Shown here one piece after another: positions 48,158 through 63,100 of a DNA stretch of 64,000 bases. Where the stretch lies: positions 22,414,486-22,478,485 of the forward strand of contig JBHGNT010000008.1 of assembly GCA_043228905.1 (NCBI GenBank), read 5' to 3'. How positions within the stretch are numbered: position 1 is the stretch's first letter; each line of letters begins with the position of its first letter. Below the pieces are notes generated by a model. That model searched no databases. It was not told the DNA's origin and worked only from the letters and a program-made list of their open reading frames with translations. A program made the position numbers and the translations under genes. The DNA is from Azolla caroliniana (taxonomy: Eukaryota; Plantae; Polypodiophyta).

Positions 48158-51100
48158 TTGAGGAGGGAGTTGAGAGGAGCCCTTGAGTAAATTAAAATGT
48201 TCATACCTGGCTCGTGTGATATCGGATTTTTGTGTTCAAACATGCAAATCGAAGCCAACAACGCTAGCTATGATATCGAATTAAAAAATCAAGATTTTGA
48301 AACTCAGGTCGAGAGACATGACGAAAATAGCAAACTTGAGGAGGGGGTTGAGAACAGCCCTTGAGTAAATTAAAATGTTCATACCTGGCTCGTGTGATAT
48401 CGGATTTTTGTGTTCAAACATGCAAATCGAAGCCAACAACGCGAGCTATGATATGGAATTAAAAAATCAAGATTTTGAAACTCAGGTCGAGAGACATGAC
48501 GAAAATAGCAAACTTGAGGAGGGGGTTGAGAGGAGCCCTTGAGTAAATTAAAATGTTCATACCTGGCTCGTGTGATATCGGATTTTTGTGTTCAAACATG
48601 CGAATCGAAGCCAACAACGTGAGCTATGATATGGAATTAAAAAATCAAGATTTTGAAACTCAGGTCGAGAGACATGACGAAATTACCAAATTTGAGGAGT
48701 GAGTTGAGAACAGCCCTTGAGTAAATTAAAATGTTCATACCTCGGTCGTGTGATATCGGATTTTTGTGTTCAAACATGCAAATCGAAGCTTGAAACGCTA
48801 GCTATGATATGGAATTAAAAAATCAAGATTTTGAAACTCAGGTCGAGAGACATGACGAAAATAGCAAACATGAGGAGGGAGTTGAGAGGAGCCCTTGAGT
48901 AAATTAAAATGTTCATACCTGGGTCGTGTGATATCAGATTTTTGTGTTCAAACATGCAAATCGTAGCTAACAACGCTAGCTATGATATGGAATTAAAAAA
49001 TCAAGATTTTGAAACTCAGGTCGAGAGACATGACCAAAATAGCAAACTTGAGGAGGGAGTTGAGAGGAGCCCTTAAGTAATTAAAATGTTCATACCTGGC
49101 TCGTGTGATATCGGATTTTTGTGTTCAAACATGCGAATCGAAGCCAACTACGTGAGGTATGATATAGAATTAAAAAATCAAGATTTTGAAACTCAGGTCG
49201 AGAGACATGACGAAAATAGCAAACTTGAGGAAGGAGTTGAGAAGAGCCCTTGAGTAAATTAAAATGTTCATACCTGGCTCGTGTGATATCGGATTTTTGT
49301 GTTCAAACATGCAAATCGAAGCTTGAAACGCTAGCTATGATATGGAATTAAAAAATCAAGATTTTGAAACTCAGGTCGAGAGACATGACGAAAATAGCAA
49401 ACTTGAGGAGGGAGTTGAGAGGAGCCCTTGAGTAAATTAAAATGTTCATACCTGGCTCGTGTGATATCGGATTTTTGTGTTCAAACATGCAAATCGAAGC
49501 TTGAAACGCTAGCTATGATATGGAATTAAAAAATCAAGATTTTTAAACTCAGGTCGAGAGACATGACGAAAATAGCAAACTTGAGGAGGGAGTTGAGAGG
49601 AGCCCTTGAGTAAATTAAAATGTTCATACCTGGCTCGTGTGATATCGGATTTTTGTGTTCAAACATGCGAATCGAAGCTTGAAACGCTAGATATGATATG
49701 GAATTAAAAAATCAAGATTTTGAAACCCAGGTCGAGAGACATGACGAAAATAGCAAACTTGAGGAGGGAGTTGAGAACAGCCCTTGAGTAAATTAAAATG
49801 TTCATACCTGGCTCGTGTGATATCGGATTTTTGTGTTCAAACATGCGAATCGAAGCCAACAACGCGAGCTTTGATATGGAATTAAAAAATCAAGATTTTG
49901 AAACTCAGGTCGAGAGACATGACGAAAATAGCAAACTTGAGGAGGGAGTTGAGAGGAGCCCTTGAGTAAATTAAAATGTTCATACCTGGCTCGTGTGATA
50001 TCGGATTTTTGTGTTCAAACATGCGAATTGAAGCCAACTACGTGAGCTATGATATGGAATTAAAAAATCAAGATTTTGAAACTCAGGTCGAGAGACATGA
50101 CGAAAATAGCAAACTTGAGGAGGGAGTTGAGAGGAGCCCTTGAGTAAATTAAAATGTTCATACCTGGGTCGTGTGATATCGGATTTTTGTGTTCAAACAT
50201 GCAAATCGAAGCTAACAACGCTAGCTATGATATGGAATTAAAAAATCAAGATTTTGAAACTCAGGTCGAGAGACATGACGAAAATAGCAAACTTGAGGAG
50301 GGAGTTGAGAGGAGCCCTTGAGTAAATTAAAATGTTCATACCTGGGTCGTGTGATATCGGATTTTTGTGTTCAAACATGCGAATTGAAGCCAACTACGTG
50401 AGGTATGATATGGAATTAAAAAATCAAGATTTTGAAACTCAGGTCGAGAGACATGACGAAAATAGCAAACTTGAGGAGGGAGTTGAGAGGAGCCCTTGAG
50501 TAAATTAAAATGTTCATACCTGGCACGTGTGATATCGGATTTTTGTGTTCAAACATGCGAATTGAAGCCAACTACGTGAGGTATGATATGGAATTAAAAA
50601 ATCAAGATTTTGAAACTCAGGTCGAGAGACATGACGAAAATAGCAAACTTGAGGAGGGACTTGAGAGGAGCCCTTGAGTAAATTAAAATGTTCATACCTG
50701 GCTCGTGTGATATCGGATTTTTGTGTTCAAACATGCGAATCGAAGCCAACAACGCTAGCTATGATATGGAATTAAAAAATCAAGATTTTGAAACCCAGGT
50801 CGAGAGACATGACGAAAATAGCAAACTTGAGGAGGGAGTTGAGAGGAGCCCTTGAGTAAATTAAAATGTTTATACCTGGCTCGTGTGATATCGGATTTTT
50901 GTGTTCAAACATGCGAATCAAAGCTAACAACGCTAGCTATGATATGGAATTAAAAAATCAAGATTTTGAAACTCAGGTCGAGAGACATGACGAAAATAGC
51001 AAACTTGAGGAGGGAGTTGAGAGGAGCCCTTGAGTAAATTAAAATGTTCATACCTGGCTCGTGTGATATCGGATTTTTGTGTTCAAACATGCAAATCGAA

Positions 51101-54100
51101 GCTTGAAACGCTAGCTATGATATGGAATTAAAAAATCAAGATTTTGAAACTCAGGTCGAGAGACATGACGAAAATAGCAAACTTGAGGAGGGAGTTGAGA
51201 GGAGCCCTTGAGAAAATTAAAATGTTCATACCTGGCTCGTGTGATATCGGATTTTTGTGTTCAAACATGCGAATCGAAGCCAACAACGCTAGCTATCATA
51301 TGGAATTAAAAAATCAAGATTTTGAAACCCAGGTCGAGAGACATGACGAAAATAGCAAACTTGAGGAGGGAGTTGAGAACAGCCCTTGAGTAAATTAAAA
51401 TGTTCATACCTGGCTCGTGTGATATCGGATTTTTGTGTTCAAACATGCGAATCGAAGCCAACAACGCGAGCTTTGATATGGAATTAAAAAATCAAGATTT
51501 TGAAACTCAGGTCGAGAGACATGACGAAAATAGCAAACTTGAGGAGGGAGTTGAGAGGAGCCCTTGAGTAAATTAAAATGTTCATACCTGGGTCGTGTGA
51601 TATCGGATTTTTGTGTTCAAACATGCAAATCGAAGCTTGAAACGCTAGCTATGATATCGAATTAAAAAATCAAGATTTTTAAACTCAGGTCGAGAGACAT
51701 GACGAAAATAGCAAACTTGAGGAGGGAGTTGAGAGGAGCCCTTGAGTAAATTAAAATGTTCATACCTGGCTCGTGTGATATCGGATTTTTGTGTTCAAAC
51801 ATGCGAATCGAAGCTTGAAACGCTAGATATGATATGGAATTAAAAAATCAAGATTTTGAAACCCAGGTCGAGAGACATGACGAAAATAGCAAACTTGAGG
51901 AGGGAGTTGAGAACAGCCCTTGAGTAAATTAAAATGTTCATACCTGGCTCGTGTGATATCGGATTTTTGTGTTCAAACATGCGAATCGAAGCCAACAACG
52001 CGAGCTTTGATATGGAATTAAAAAATCAAGATTTTGAAACTCAGGTCGAGAGACATGACGAAAATAGCAAACTTGAGGAGGGAGTTGAGAGGAGCCCTTG
52101 AGTAAATTAAAATGTTCATACCTGGCTCGTGTGATATCGGATTTTTGTGTTCAAACATGCAAATCGAAGCTTGAAACGCTAGCTATGATATGGAATTAAA
52201 AAATCAAGATTTTTAAACTCAGGTCGAGAGACATGACGAAAATAGCAAACTTGAGGAGGGAGTTGAGAGGAGCCCTTGAGTAAATTAAAATGTTCATACC
52301 TGGGTCGTGTGATATCGGATTTTTGTGTTCAAACATGCGAATCGAAGCCAACAACGCTAGCTATGATATGGAATTAAAAAATCAAGATTTTGAAACTCAG
52401 GTCGAGAGACATGACGAAAATAGCAAACTTGAGGAGGGAGTTGAGAAGAGCCCTTGAGTAAATTAAAATGTTCATACCTGGGTCGTGTGATATCGGATTT
52501 TTGTGTTCAAACATGCAAATCGAAGCCAACAACGCGAGCTATGATATGGAATTAAAAAATCAAGATTTTGAAACTCAGGTCGAGAGACATGACGAAATTA
52601 CCAAATTTGAGGAGTGAGTTGAGAACAGCCCTTGAGTAAATTAAAATGTTCATACCTCGGTCGTGTGATATCGGATTTTTGTGTTCAAACATGCAAATCG
52701 AAGCTTGAAACGCTAGCTATGATATGGAATTAAAAAATCAAGATTTTGAAACTCAGGTCGAGAGACATGACGAAAATAGCAAACTTGAGGAGGGACTTGA
52801 GAGGAGCCCTTGAGTAAATTAAAATGTTCATACCTGGCTCGTGTGATATCACATTTTTGTGTTCAAACATGCAAATCGTAGCTAACAACGCTAGCTATGA
52901 TATGGAATTAAAAAATCAAGATTTTGAAACTCAGGTCGAGAGACATGACCAAAATAGCAAACTTGAGGAGGGAGTTGAGAGGAGCCCTTAAGTAATTAAA
53001 ATGTTCATACCTGGCTCGTGTGATATCGGATTTTTGTGTTCAAACATGCAAATCGAAGCCAACTACGTGAGGTATGATATAGAATTAAAAAATCAAGATT
53101 TTGAAACTCAGGTCGAGAGACATGACGAAAATAGCAAACTTGAGGAGGGAGTTGAGAAGAGCCCTTGAGTAAATTAAAATGTTCATACCTGGCTCGTGTG
53201 ATATCGGATTTTTGTGTTCAAACATGCGAATCGAAGCCAACAACGCGAGCTTTGATATGGAATTAAAAAATCAAGATTTTGAAACTCAGGTCGAGAGACA
53301 TGACGAAAATAGCAAACTTGAGGAGGGAGTTGAGAGGAGCCCTTGAGTAAATTAAAATGTTCATACCTGGGTCGTGTGATATCGGATTTTTGTGTTCAAA
53401 CATGCGAATTGAAGCCAACTACGTGAGCTATGATATGGAATTAAAAAATCAAGATTTTGAAACTCAGGTCGAGAGACATGACGAAAATAGCAAACTTGAG
53501 GAGGGAGTTGAGAGGAGCCCTTGAGTAAATTAAAATGTTCATACCTGGGTCGTGTGATATTGGATTTTTGTGTTCAAACATGCAAATCGAAGCTAACAAC
53601 GCTAGCTATGATATGGAATTAAAAAATCAAGATTTTGAAACTCAGGTCGAGAGACATGACGAAAATAGCAAACTTGAGGAGGGAGTTGAGAGGAGCCCTT
53701 GAGTAAATTAAAATGTTCATACCTGGGTCGTGTGATATCGGATTTTTGTGTTCAAACATGCGAATTGAAGCCAACTACGTGAGGTATGATATGGAATTAA
53801 AAAATCAAGATTTTGAAACTCAGGTCGAGAGACATGACGAAAATAGCAAACTTGAGGAGGGAGTTGAGAGGAGCCCTTGAGTAAATTAAAATGTTCATAC
53901 CTGGCACGTGTGATATCGGATTTTTGTGTTCAAACATGCGAATTGAAGCCAACTACGTGAGGTATGATATGGAATTAAAAAATCAAGATTTTGAAACTCA
54001 GGTCGAGAGACATGACGAAAATAGCAAACTTGAGGAGGGACTTGAGAGGAGCCCTTGAGTAAATTAAAATGTTCATACCTGGCTCGTGTGATATCGGATT

Positions 54101-57100
54101 TTTGTGTTCCAACATGCGAATCGAAGCTTGAAACGCTAGATATGATATGGAATTAAAAAATCAAGATTTTGAAACCCAGGTCGAGAGACATGACGAAAAT
54201 AGCAAACTTGAGGAGGGAGTTGAGAACAGCCCTTGAGTAAATTAAAATGTTCATACCTGGCTCGTGTGATATCGGATTTTTGTGTTCAAACATGCGAATC
54301 GAAGCCAACAACGCGAGCTTTGATATGGAATTAAAAAATCAAGATTTTGAAACTCAGGTCGAGAGACATGACGAAAATAGCAAACTTGAGGAGGGAGTTG
54401 AGAGGAGCCCTTGAGTAAATTAAAATGTTCATACCTGGCTCGTGTGATATCGGATTTTTGTGTTCAAACATGCAAATCGAAGCTTGAAACGCTAGCTATG
54501 ATATGGAATTAAAAAATCAAGATTTTTAAACTCAGGTCGAGAGACATGACGAAAATAGCAAACTTGAGGAGGGAGTTGAGAGGAGCCCTTGAGTAAATTA
54601 AAATGTTCATACCTGGGTCGTGTGATATCGGATTTTTGTGTTCAAACATGCGAATCGAAGCCAACAACGCTAGCTATGATATGGAATTAAAAAATCAAGA
54701 TTTTGAAACTCAGGTCGAGAGACATGACGAAAATAGCAAACTTGAGGAGGGAGTTGAGAAGAGCCCTTGAGTAAATTAAAATGTTCATACCTGGCTCGTG
54801 TGATATCGGATTTTTGTGTTCAAACATGCAAATCGAAGCCAACAACGCGAGCTATGATATGGAATTAAAAAATCAAGATTTTGAAACTCAGGTCGAGAGA
54901 CATGACGAAATTACCAAATTTGAGGAGTGAGTTGAGAACAGCCCTTGAGTAAATTAAAATGTTCATACCTCGGTCGTGTGATATCGGATTTTTGTGTTCA
55001 AACATGCAAATCGAAGCTTGAAACGCTAGCTATGATATGGAATTAAAAAATCAAGATTTTGAAACTCAGGTCGAGAGACATGACGAAAATAGCAAACTTG
55101 AGGAGGGACTTGAGAGGAGCCCTTGAGTAAATTAAAATGTTCATACCTAGCTCGTGTGATATCACATTTTTGTGTTCAAACATGCAAATCGTAGCTAACA
55201 ACGCTAGCTATGATATGGAATTAAAAAATCAAGATTTTGAAACTCAGGTCGAGAGACATGACCAAAATAGCAAACTTGAGGAGGGAGTTGAGAGGAGTCC
55301 TTAAGTAATTAAAATGTTCATACCTGGCTCGTGTGATATCGGATTTTTGTGTTCAAACATGCAAATCGAAGCCAACTACGTGAGGTATGATATAGAATTA
55401 AAAAATCAAGATTTTGAAACTCAGGTCGAGAGACATGACGAAAATAGCAAACTTGAGGAGGGAGTTGAGAAGAGCCCTTGAGTAAATTAAAATGTTCATA
55501 CCTGGCTCGTGTGATATCGGATTTTTGTGTTCAAACATGCGAATCGAAGCCAACAACGCGAGCTTTGATATGGAATTAAAAAATCAAGATTTTGAAACTC
55601 AGGTCGAGAGACATGACGAAAATAGCAAACTTGAGGAGGGAGTTGAGAGGAGCCCTTGAGTAAATTAAAATGTTCATACCTGGGTCGTGTGATATCGGAT
55701 TTTTGTGTTCAAACATGCGAATTGAAGCCAACTACGTGAGCTATGATATGGAATTAAAAAATCAAGATTTTGAAACTCAGGTCGAGAGACATGACGAAAA
55801 TAGCAAACTTGAGGAGGGAGTTGAGAGGAGCCCTTGAGTAAATTAAAATGTTCATACCTGGGTCGTGTGATATTGGATTTTTGTGTTCAAACATGCAAAT
55901 CGAAGCTAACAACGCTAGCTATGATATGGAATTAAAAAATCAAGATTTTGAAACTCAGGTCGAGAGACATGACGAAAATAGCAAACTTGAGGAGGGAGTT
56001 GAGAGGAGCCCTTGAGTAAATTAAAATGTTCATACCTGGGTCGTGTGATATCGGATTTTTGTGTTCAAACATGCGAATTGAAGCCAACTACGTGAGGTAT
56101 GATATGGAATTAAAAAATCAAGATTTTGAAACTCAGGTCGAGAGACATGACGAAAATAGCAAACTTGAGGAGGGAGTTGAGAGGAGCCCTTGAGTAAATT
56201 AAAATGTTCATACCTGGCACGTGTGATATCGGATTTTTGTGTTCAAACATGCGAATTGAAGCCAACTACGTGAGGTATGATATGGAATTAAAAAATCAAG
56301 ATTTTGAAACTCAGGTCGAGAGACATGACGAAAATAGCAAACTTGAGGAGGGACTTGAGAGGAGCCCTTGAGTAAATTAAAATGTTCATACCTGGCTCGT
56401 GTGATATCGGATTTTTGTGTTCCAACATGCGAATCGAAGCTTGAAACGCTAGATATGATATGGAATTAAAAAATCAAGATTTTGAAACCCAGGTCGAGAG
56501 ACATGACGAAAATAGCAAACTTGAGGAGGGAGTTGAGAACAGCCCTTGAGTAAATTAAAATGTTCATACCTGGCTCGTGTGATATCGGATTTTTGTGTTC
56601 AAACATGCGAATCGAAGCCAACAACGCGAGCTTTGATATGGAATTAAAAAATCAAGATTTTGAAACTCAGGTCGAGAGACATGACGAAAATAGCAAACTT
56701 GAGGAGGGAGTTGAGAGGAGCCCTTGAGTAAATTAAAATGTTCATACCTGGCTCGTGTGATATCGGATTTTTGTGTTCAAACATGCAAATCGAAGCTTGA
56801 AACGCTAGCTATGATATGGAATTAAAAAATCAAGATTTTTAAACTCAGGTCGAGAGACATGACGAAAATAGCAAACTTGAGGAGGGAGTTGAGAGGAGCC
56901 CTTGAGTAAATTAAAATGTTCATACCTGGGTCGTGTGATATCGGATTTTTGTGTTCAAACATGCGAATCGAAGCCAACAACGCTAGCTATGATATGGAAT
57001 TAAAAAATCAAGATTTTGAAACTCAGGTCGAGAGACATGACGAAAATAGCAAACTTGAGGAGGGAGTTGAGAAGAGCCCTTGAGTAAATTAAAATGTTCA

Positions 57101-60100
57101 TACCTGGCTCGTGTGATATCGGATTTTTGTGTTCAAACATGCAAATCGAAGCCAACAACGCGAGCTATGATATGGAATTAAAAAATCAAGATTTTGAAAC
57201 TCAGGTCGAGAGACATGACGAAATTACCAAATTTGAGGAGTGAGTTGAGAACAACCCTTGAGTAAATTAAAATGTTCATACCTCGGTCGTGTGATATCGG
57301 ATTTTTGTGTTCAAACATGCAAATCGAAGCTTGAAACGCTAGCTATGATATGGAATTAAAAAATCAAGATTTTGAAACTCAGGTCGAGAGACATGACGAA
57401 AATAGCAAACTTGAGGAGGGACTTGAGAGGAGCCCTTGAGTAAATTAAAATGTTCATACCTGGCTCGTGTGATATCACATTTTTGTGTTCAAACATGCAA
57501 ATCGTAGCTAACAACGCTAGCTATGATATGGAATTAAAAAATCAAGATTTTGAAACTCAGGTCGAGAGACATGACCAAAATAGCAAACTTGAGGAGGGAG
57601 TTGAGAGGAGCCCTTAAGTAATTAAAATGTTCATACCTGGCTCGTGTGATATCGGATTTTTGTGTTCAAACATGCAAATCGAAGCCAACTACGTGAGGTA
57701 TGATATAGAATTAAAAAATCAAGATTTTGAAACTCAGGTCGAGAGACATGACGAAAATAGCAAACTTGAGGAGGGAGTTGAGAAGAGCCCTTGAGTAAAT
57801 TAAAATGTTCATACCTGGCTCGTGTGATATCGGATTTTTGTGTTCAAACATGCGAATCGAAGCCAACAACGCGAGCTTTGATATGGAATTAAAAAATCAA
57901 GATTTTGAAACTCAGGTCGAGAGACATGACGAAAATAGCAAACTTGAGGAGGGAGTTGAGAGGAGCCCTTGAGTAAATTAAAATGTTCATACCTGGCTCG
58001 TGTGATATCGGATTTTTGTGTTCAAACATGCAAATCGAAGCTTGAAACGCTAGCTATGATATGGAATTAAAAAATCAAGATTTTGAAACTCAGGTCGAGA
58101 GACATGACGAAAATAGCAAACTTGAGGAGGGAGTTGAGAGGAGCCCTTGAGAAAATTAAAATGTTCATACCTGGCTCGTGTGATATCGGATTTTTGTGTT
58201 CAAACATGCGAATCGAAGCCAACAACGCTAGCTATCATATGGAATTAAAAAATCAAGATTTTGAAACCCAGGTCGAGAGACATGACGAAAATAGCAAACT
58301 TGAGGAGGGAGTTGAGAGGAGCCCTTGAGTAAATTAAAATGTTCATACCTGGGTCGTGTGATATCGGATTTTTGTGTTCAAACATGCAAATCGAAGCTAA
58401 CAACGCTAGCTATGATATGGAATTAAAAAATCAAGATTTTGAAACTCAGGTCGAGAGACATGACGAAAATAGCAAACTTGAGGAGGGAGTTGAGAGGAGC
58501 CCTTGAGTAAATTAAAATGTTCATACCTGGGTCGTGTGATATCGGATTTTTGTGTTCAAACATGCGAATTGAAGCCAACTACGTGAGGTATGATATGGAA
58601 TTAAAAAATCAAGATTTTGAAACTCAGGTCGAGAGACATGACGAAAATAGCAAACTTGAGGAGGGACTTGAGAGGAGCCCTTTAGTAAATTAAAATGTTC
58701 ATACCTGGCTCGTGTGATATCGGATTTTTGTGTTCAAACATGCGAATCGAAGCCAACAACGCTAGCTATGATATGGAATGAAAAAATCAAGATTTTGAAA
58801 CCCAGGTCGAGAGACATGACGAAAATAGCAAACTTGAGGAGGGAGTTGAGAGGAGCCCTTGAGTAAATTAAAATGTTTATACCTGGCTCGTGTGATATCG
58901 GATTTTTGTGTTCAAACATGCGAATCAAAGCTAACAACGCTAGCTATGATATGGAATTAAAAAATCAAGATTTTGAAACTCAGGTCGAGAGACATGACGA
59001 AAATAGCAAACTTGAGGAGGGAGTTGAGAGGAGCCCTTGAGTAAATTAAAATGTTCATACCTGGCTCGTGTGATATCGGATTTTTGTGTTCAAACATGCA
59101 AATCGAAGCTTGAAACGCTAGCTATGATATGGAATTAAAAAATCAAGATTTTGAAACTCAGGTCGAGAGACATGACGAAAATAGCAAACTTGAGGAGGGA
59201 GTTGAGAGGAGCCCTTGAGTAAATTAAAATGTTCATACCTGGCTCGTGTGATATCGGATTTTTGTGTTCAAACATGCGAATCGAAGCTTGAAACGCTAGA
59301 TATGATATGGAATTAAAAAATCAAGATTTTGAAACCCAGGTCGAGAGACATGACGAAAATAGCAAACTTGAGGAGGGAGTTGAGAACAGCCCTTGAGTAA
59401 ATTAAAATGTTTATACCTGGCTCGTGTGATATCGGATTTTTGTGTTCAAACATGCGAATCAAAGCTAACAACGCTAGCTATGATATGGAATTAAAAAATC
59501 AAGATTTTGAAACTCAGGTCGAGAGACATGACGAAAATAGCAAACTTGAGGAGGGAGTTGAGAGGAGCCCTTGAGTAAATTAAAATGTTCATACCTGGCT
59601 CGTGTGATATCGGATTTTTGTGTTCAAACATGCAAATCGAAGCTTGAAACGCTAGCTATGATATGGAATTAAAAAATCAAGATTTTGAAACTCAGGTCGA
59701 GAGACATGACGAAAATAGTAAACTTGAGGAGGGAGTTGAGAGGAGCCCTTGAGAAAATTAAAATGTTCATACCTGGCTCGTGTGATATCGGATTTTTGTG
59801 TTCAAACATGCGAATCGAAGCTTGAAACGCTAGATATGATATGGAATTAAAAAATCAAGATTTTGAAACTCAGGTCGAGAGACATGACGAAAATAGCAAA
59901 CTTGAGGAGGGAGTTGAGAACAGCCCTTGAGTAAATTAAAATGTTCATACCTGGCTCGTGTGATATCGGATTTTTGTGTTCAAACATGCGAATCGAAGCC
60001 AACAACGCGAGCTTTGATATGGAATTAAAAAATCAAGATTTTGAAACTCAGGTCGAGAGACATGACGAAAATAGCAAACTTGAGGAGGGAGTTGAGAGGA

Positions 60101-63100
60101 GCCCTTGAGTAAATTAAAATGTTCATACCTGGCTCGTGTGATATCGGATTTTTGTGTTCAAACATGCAAATCGAAGCTTGAAACGCTAGCTATGATATGG
60201 AATTAAAAAATCAAGATTTTTAAACTCAGGTCGAGAGACATGACGAAAATAGCAAACTTGAGGAGGGAGTTGAGAGGAGCCCTTGAGTAAATTAAAATGT
60301 TCATACCTGGCTCGTGTGATATCGGATTTTTGTGTTCAAACATGCGAATCGAAGCCAACAACGCTAGCTATCATATGGAATTAAAACATCAAGATTTTGA
60401 AACCCAGGTCGAGAGACATGACGAAAATAGCAAACTTGAGGAGGGAGTTGAGAACAGCCCTTGAGTAAATTAAAATGTTCATACCTGGCTCGTGTGATAT
60501 CGGATTTTTGTGTTCAAACATGCGAATCGAAGCCAACAACGCTAGCTATCATATGGAATTAAAACATCAAGATTTTGAAACCCAGGTCGAGAGACATGAC
60601 GAAAATAGCAAACTTGAGGAGGGAGTTGAGAACAGCCCTTGAGTAAATTAAAATGTTCATACCTGGCTCGTGTGATATCGGATTTTTGTGTTCAAACATG
60701 CGAATCGAAGCCAACAACGTTAGCTATGATATGGAATTAAAAAATCAAGATTTTGAAACCCAGGTCGAGAGACATGACGAAAATAGCAAACTTGAGGAGG
60801 GAGTTGAGAGGAGCCCTTGAGTAAATTAAAATGTTCATACCTGGCTCGTGTGATATCGGATTTTTGTGTTCAAACATGCGAATCAAAGCTAACAACGCTA
60901 GCTATGATATGGAATTAAAAAATCAAGATTTTGAAACTCAGGTCGAGAGACATGACGAAAATAGCAAACTTGAGGAGGGAGTTGAGAGGAGCCCTTGAGT
61001 AAATTAAAATGTTCATACCTGGCTCGTGTGATATCGGATTTTTGTGTTCAAACATGCGAATCGAAGCCAACAACGCTAGCTATGATATGGAATTAAAAAA
61101 TCAAGATTTTGAAACCCAGGTCGAGAGACATGACGAAAATAGCAAACTTGAGGAGGGAGTTGAGAGGAGCCCTTGAGTAAATTAAAATATTCATACCTGG
61201 CTCGTGTGATATCGGATTTTTGTGTTCAAACATGCGAATCAAAGCTAACAACGCTAGCTATGATATGGAATTAAAAAATCAAGATTTTGAAACTCAGGTC
61301 GAGAGACATGACGAAAATAGCAAACTTGAGGAGGGAGTTGAGAGGAGCCCTTGAGTAAATTAAAATGTTCATACCTGGCTCGTGTGATATCGGATTTTTG
61401 TGTTCAAACATGCGAATCGAAGCCAACAACGTTAGCTATGATATGGAATTAAAAAATCAAGATTTTGAAACCCAGGTCGAGAGACATGACGAAAATAGCA
61501 AACTTGAGGAGGGAGTTGAGAACAGCCCTTGAGTAAATTAAAATGTTCATACCTGGCTCGTGTGATATCGGATTTTTGTGTTCAAACATGCGAATCGAAG
61601 CCAACAACGCTAGCTATCATATGGAATTAAAACATCAAGATTTTGAAACCCAGGTCGAGAGACATGACGAAAATAGCAAACTTGAGGAGGGAGTTGAGAA
61701 CAGCCCTTGAGTAAATTAAAATGTTCATACCTGGCTCGTGTGATATCGGATTTTTGTGTTCAAACATGCGAATCGAAGCCAACAACGTTAGCTATGATAT
61801 GGAATTAAAAAATCAAGATTTTGAAACCCAGGTCGGATTTTTGTGTTCAAACATGCGAATCAAAGCTAACAACGCTAGCTATGATATGGAATTAAAAAAT
61901 CAAGATTTTGAAACTCAGGTCGAGAGACATGACGAAAATAGCAAACTTGAGGAGGGAGTTGAGAGGAGCCCTTGAGTAAATTAAAATGTTCATACCTGGC
62001 TCGTGTGATATCGGATTTTTGTGTTCAAACATGCGAATCGAAGCCAACAACGTTAGCTATGATATGGAATTAAAAAATCAAGATTTTGAAACCCAGGTCG
62101 AGAGACATGACGAAAATAGCAAACTTGAGGAGGGAGTTGAGAACAGCCCTTGAGTAAATTAAAATGTTCATACCTGGCTCGTGTGATATCGGATTTTTGT
62201 GTTCAAACATGCGAATCGAAGCCAACAACGCTAGCTATGATATGGTATTAAAAAATCAAGATTTTGAAACCCAGGTCGAGAGACATGACGAAAATAGCAA
62301 ACTTGAGGAGGGAGTTGAGAGGAGCCCTTGAGTAAATTAAAATGTTCATACCTGGCTCGTGTGATATCGGATTTTTGTGTTCAAACATGCGAATCGAAGC
62401 CAACAACGTTAGCTATGATATGGAATTAAAAAATCAAGATTTTGAAACCCAGGTCGAGAGACATGACGAAAATAGCAAACTTGAGGAGGGAGTTGAGAGG
62501 AGCCCTTGAGTAAATTAAAATGTTCATACCTGGCTCGTGTGATATCGGATTTTTGTGTTCAAACATGCGAATCGAAGCCAACAACGTTAGCTATGATATG
62601 GAATTAAAAAATCAAGATTTTGAAACCCAGGTCGAGAGACATGACGAAAATAGCAAACTTGAGGAGGGAGTTGAGAACAGCCCTTGAGTAAATTAAAATG
62701 TTCATACCTGGCTCGTGTGATATCGGATTTTTGTGTTCAAACATGCGAATCGAAGCCAACAACGCTAGCTATCATATGGAATTAAAACATCAAGATTTTG
62801 AAACCCAGGTCGAGAGACATGACGAAAATAGCAAACTTGAGGAGGGAGTTGAGAACAGCCCTTGAGTAAATTAAAATGTTCATACCTGGCTCGTGTGATA
62901 TCGGATTTTTGTGTTCAAACATGCGAATCGAAGCCAACAACGCGAGCTTTGATATGGAATTAAAAAATCAAGATTTTGAAACTCAGGTCGAGAGACATGA
63001 CGAAAATAGCAAACTTGAGGAGGGAGTTGAGAGGAGCCCTTAAGTAATTAAAATATTCATACCTGGCTCGTGTGATATCGGATTTTTGTGTTCAAACATG

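Noticed and set aside
48210-48226. CENP-B-box-like gctcgtgtgatatcgga in each monomer
   Set aside because: Only about 6 of the 9 essential positions match, and plants have no established CENP-B system.
217-61975. Recurrent 60-84 aa ORFs (MFIPGSCDIGF...) in the satellite
   Set aside because: They are chance read-through of monomers where variants remove a stop. There is no sign of coding constraint.
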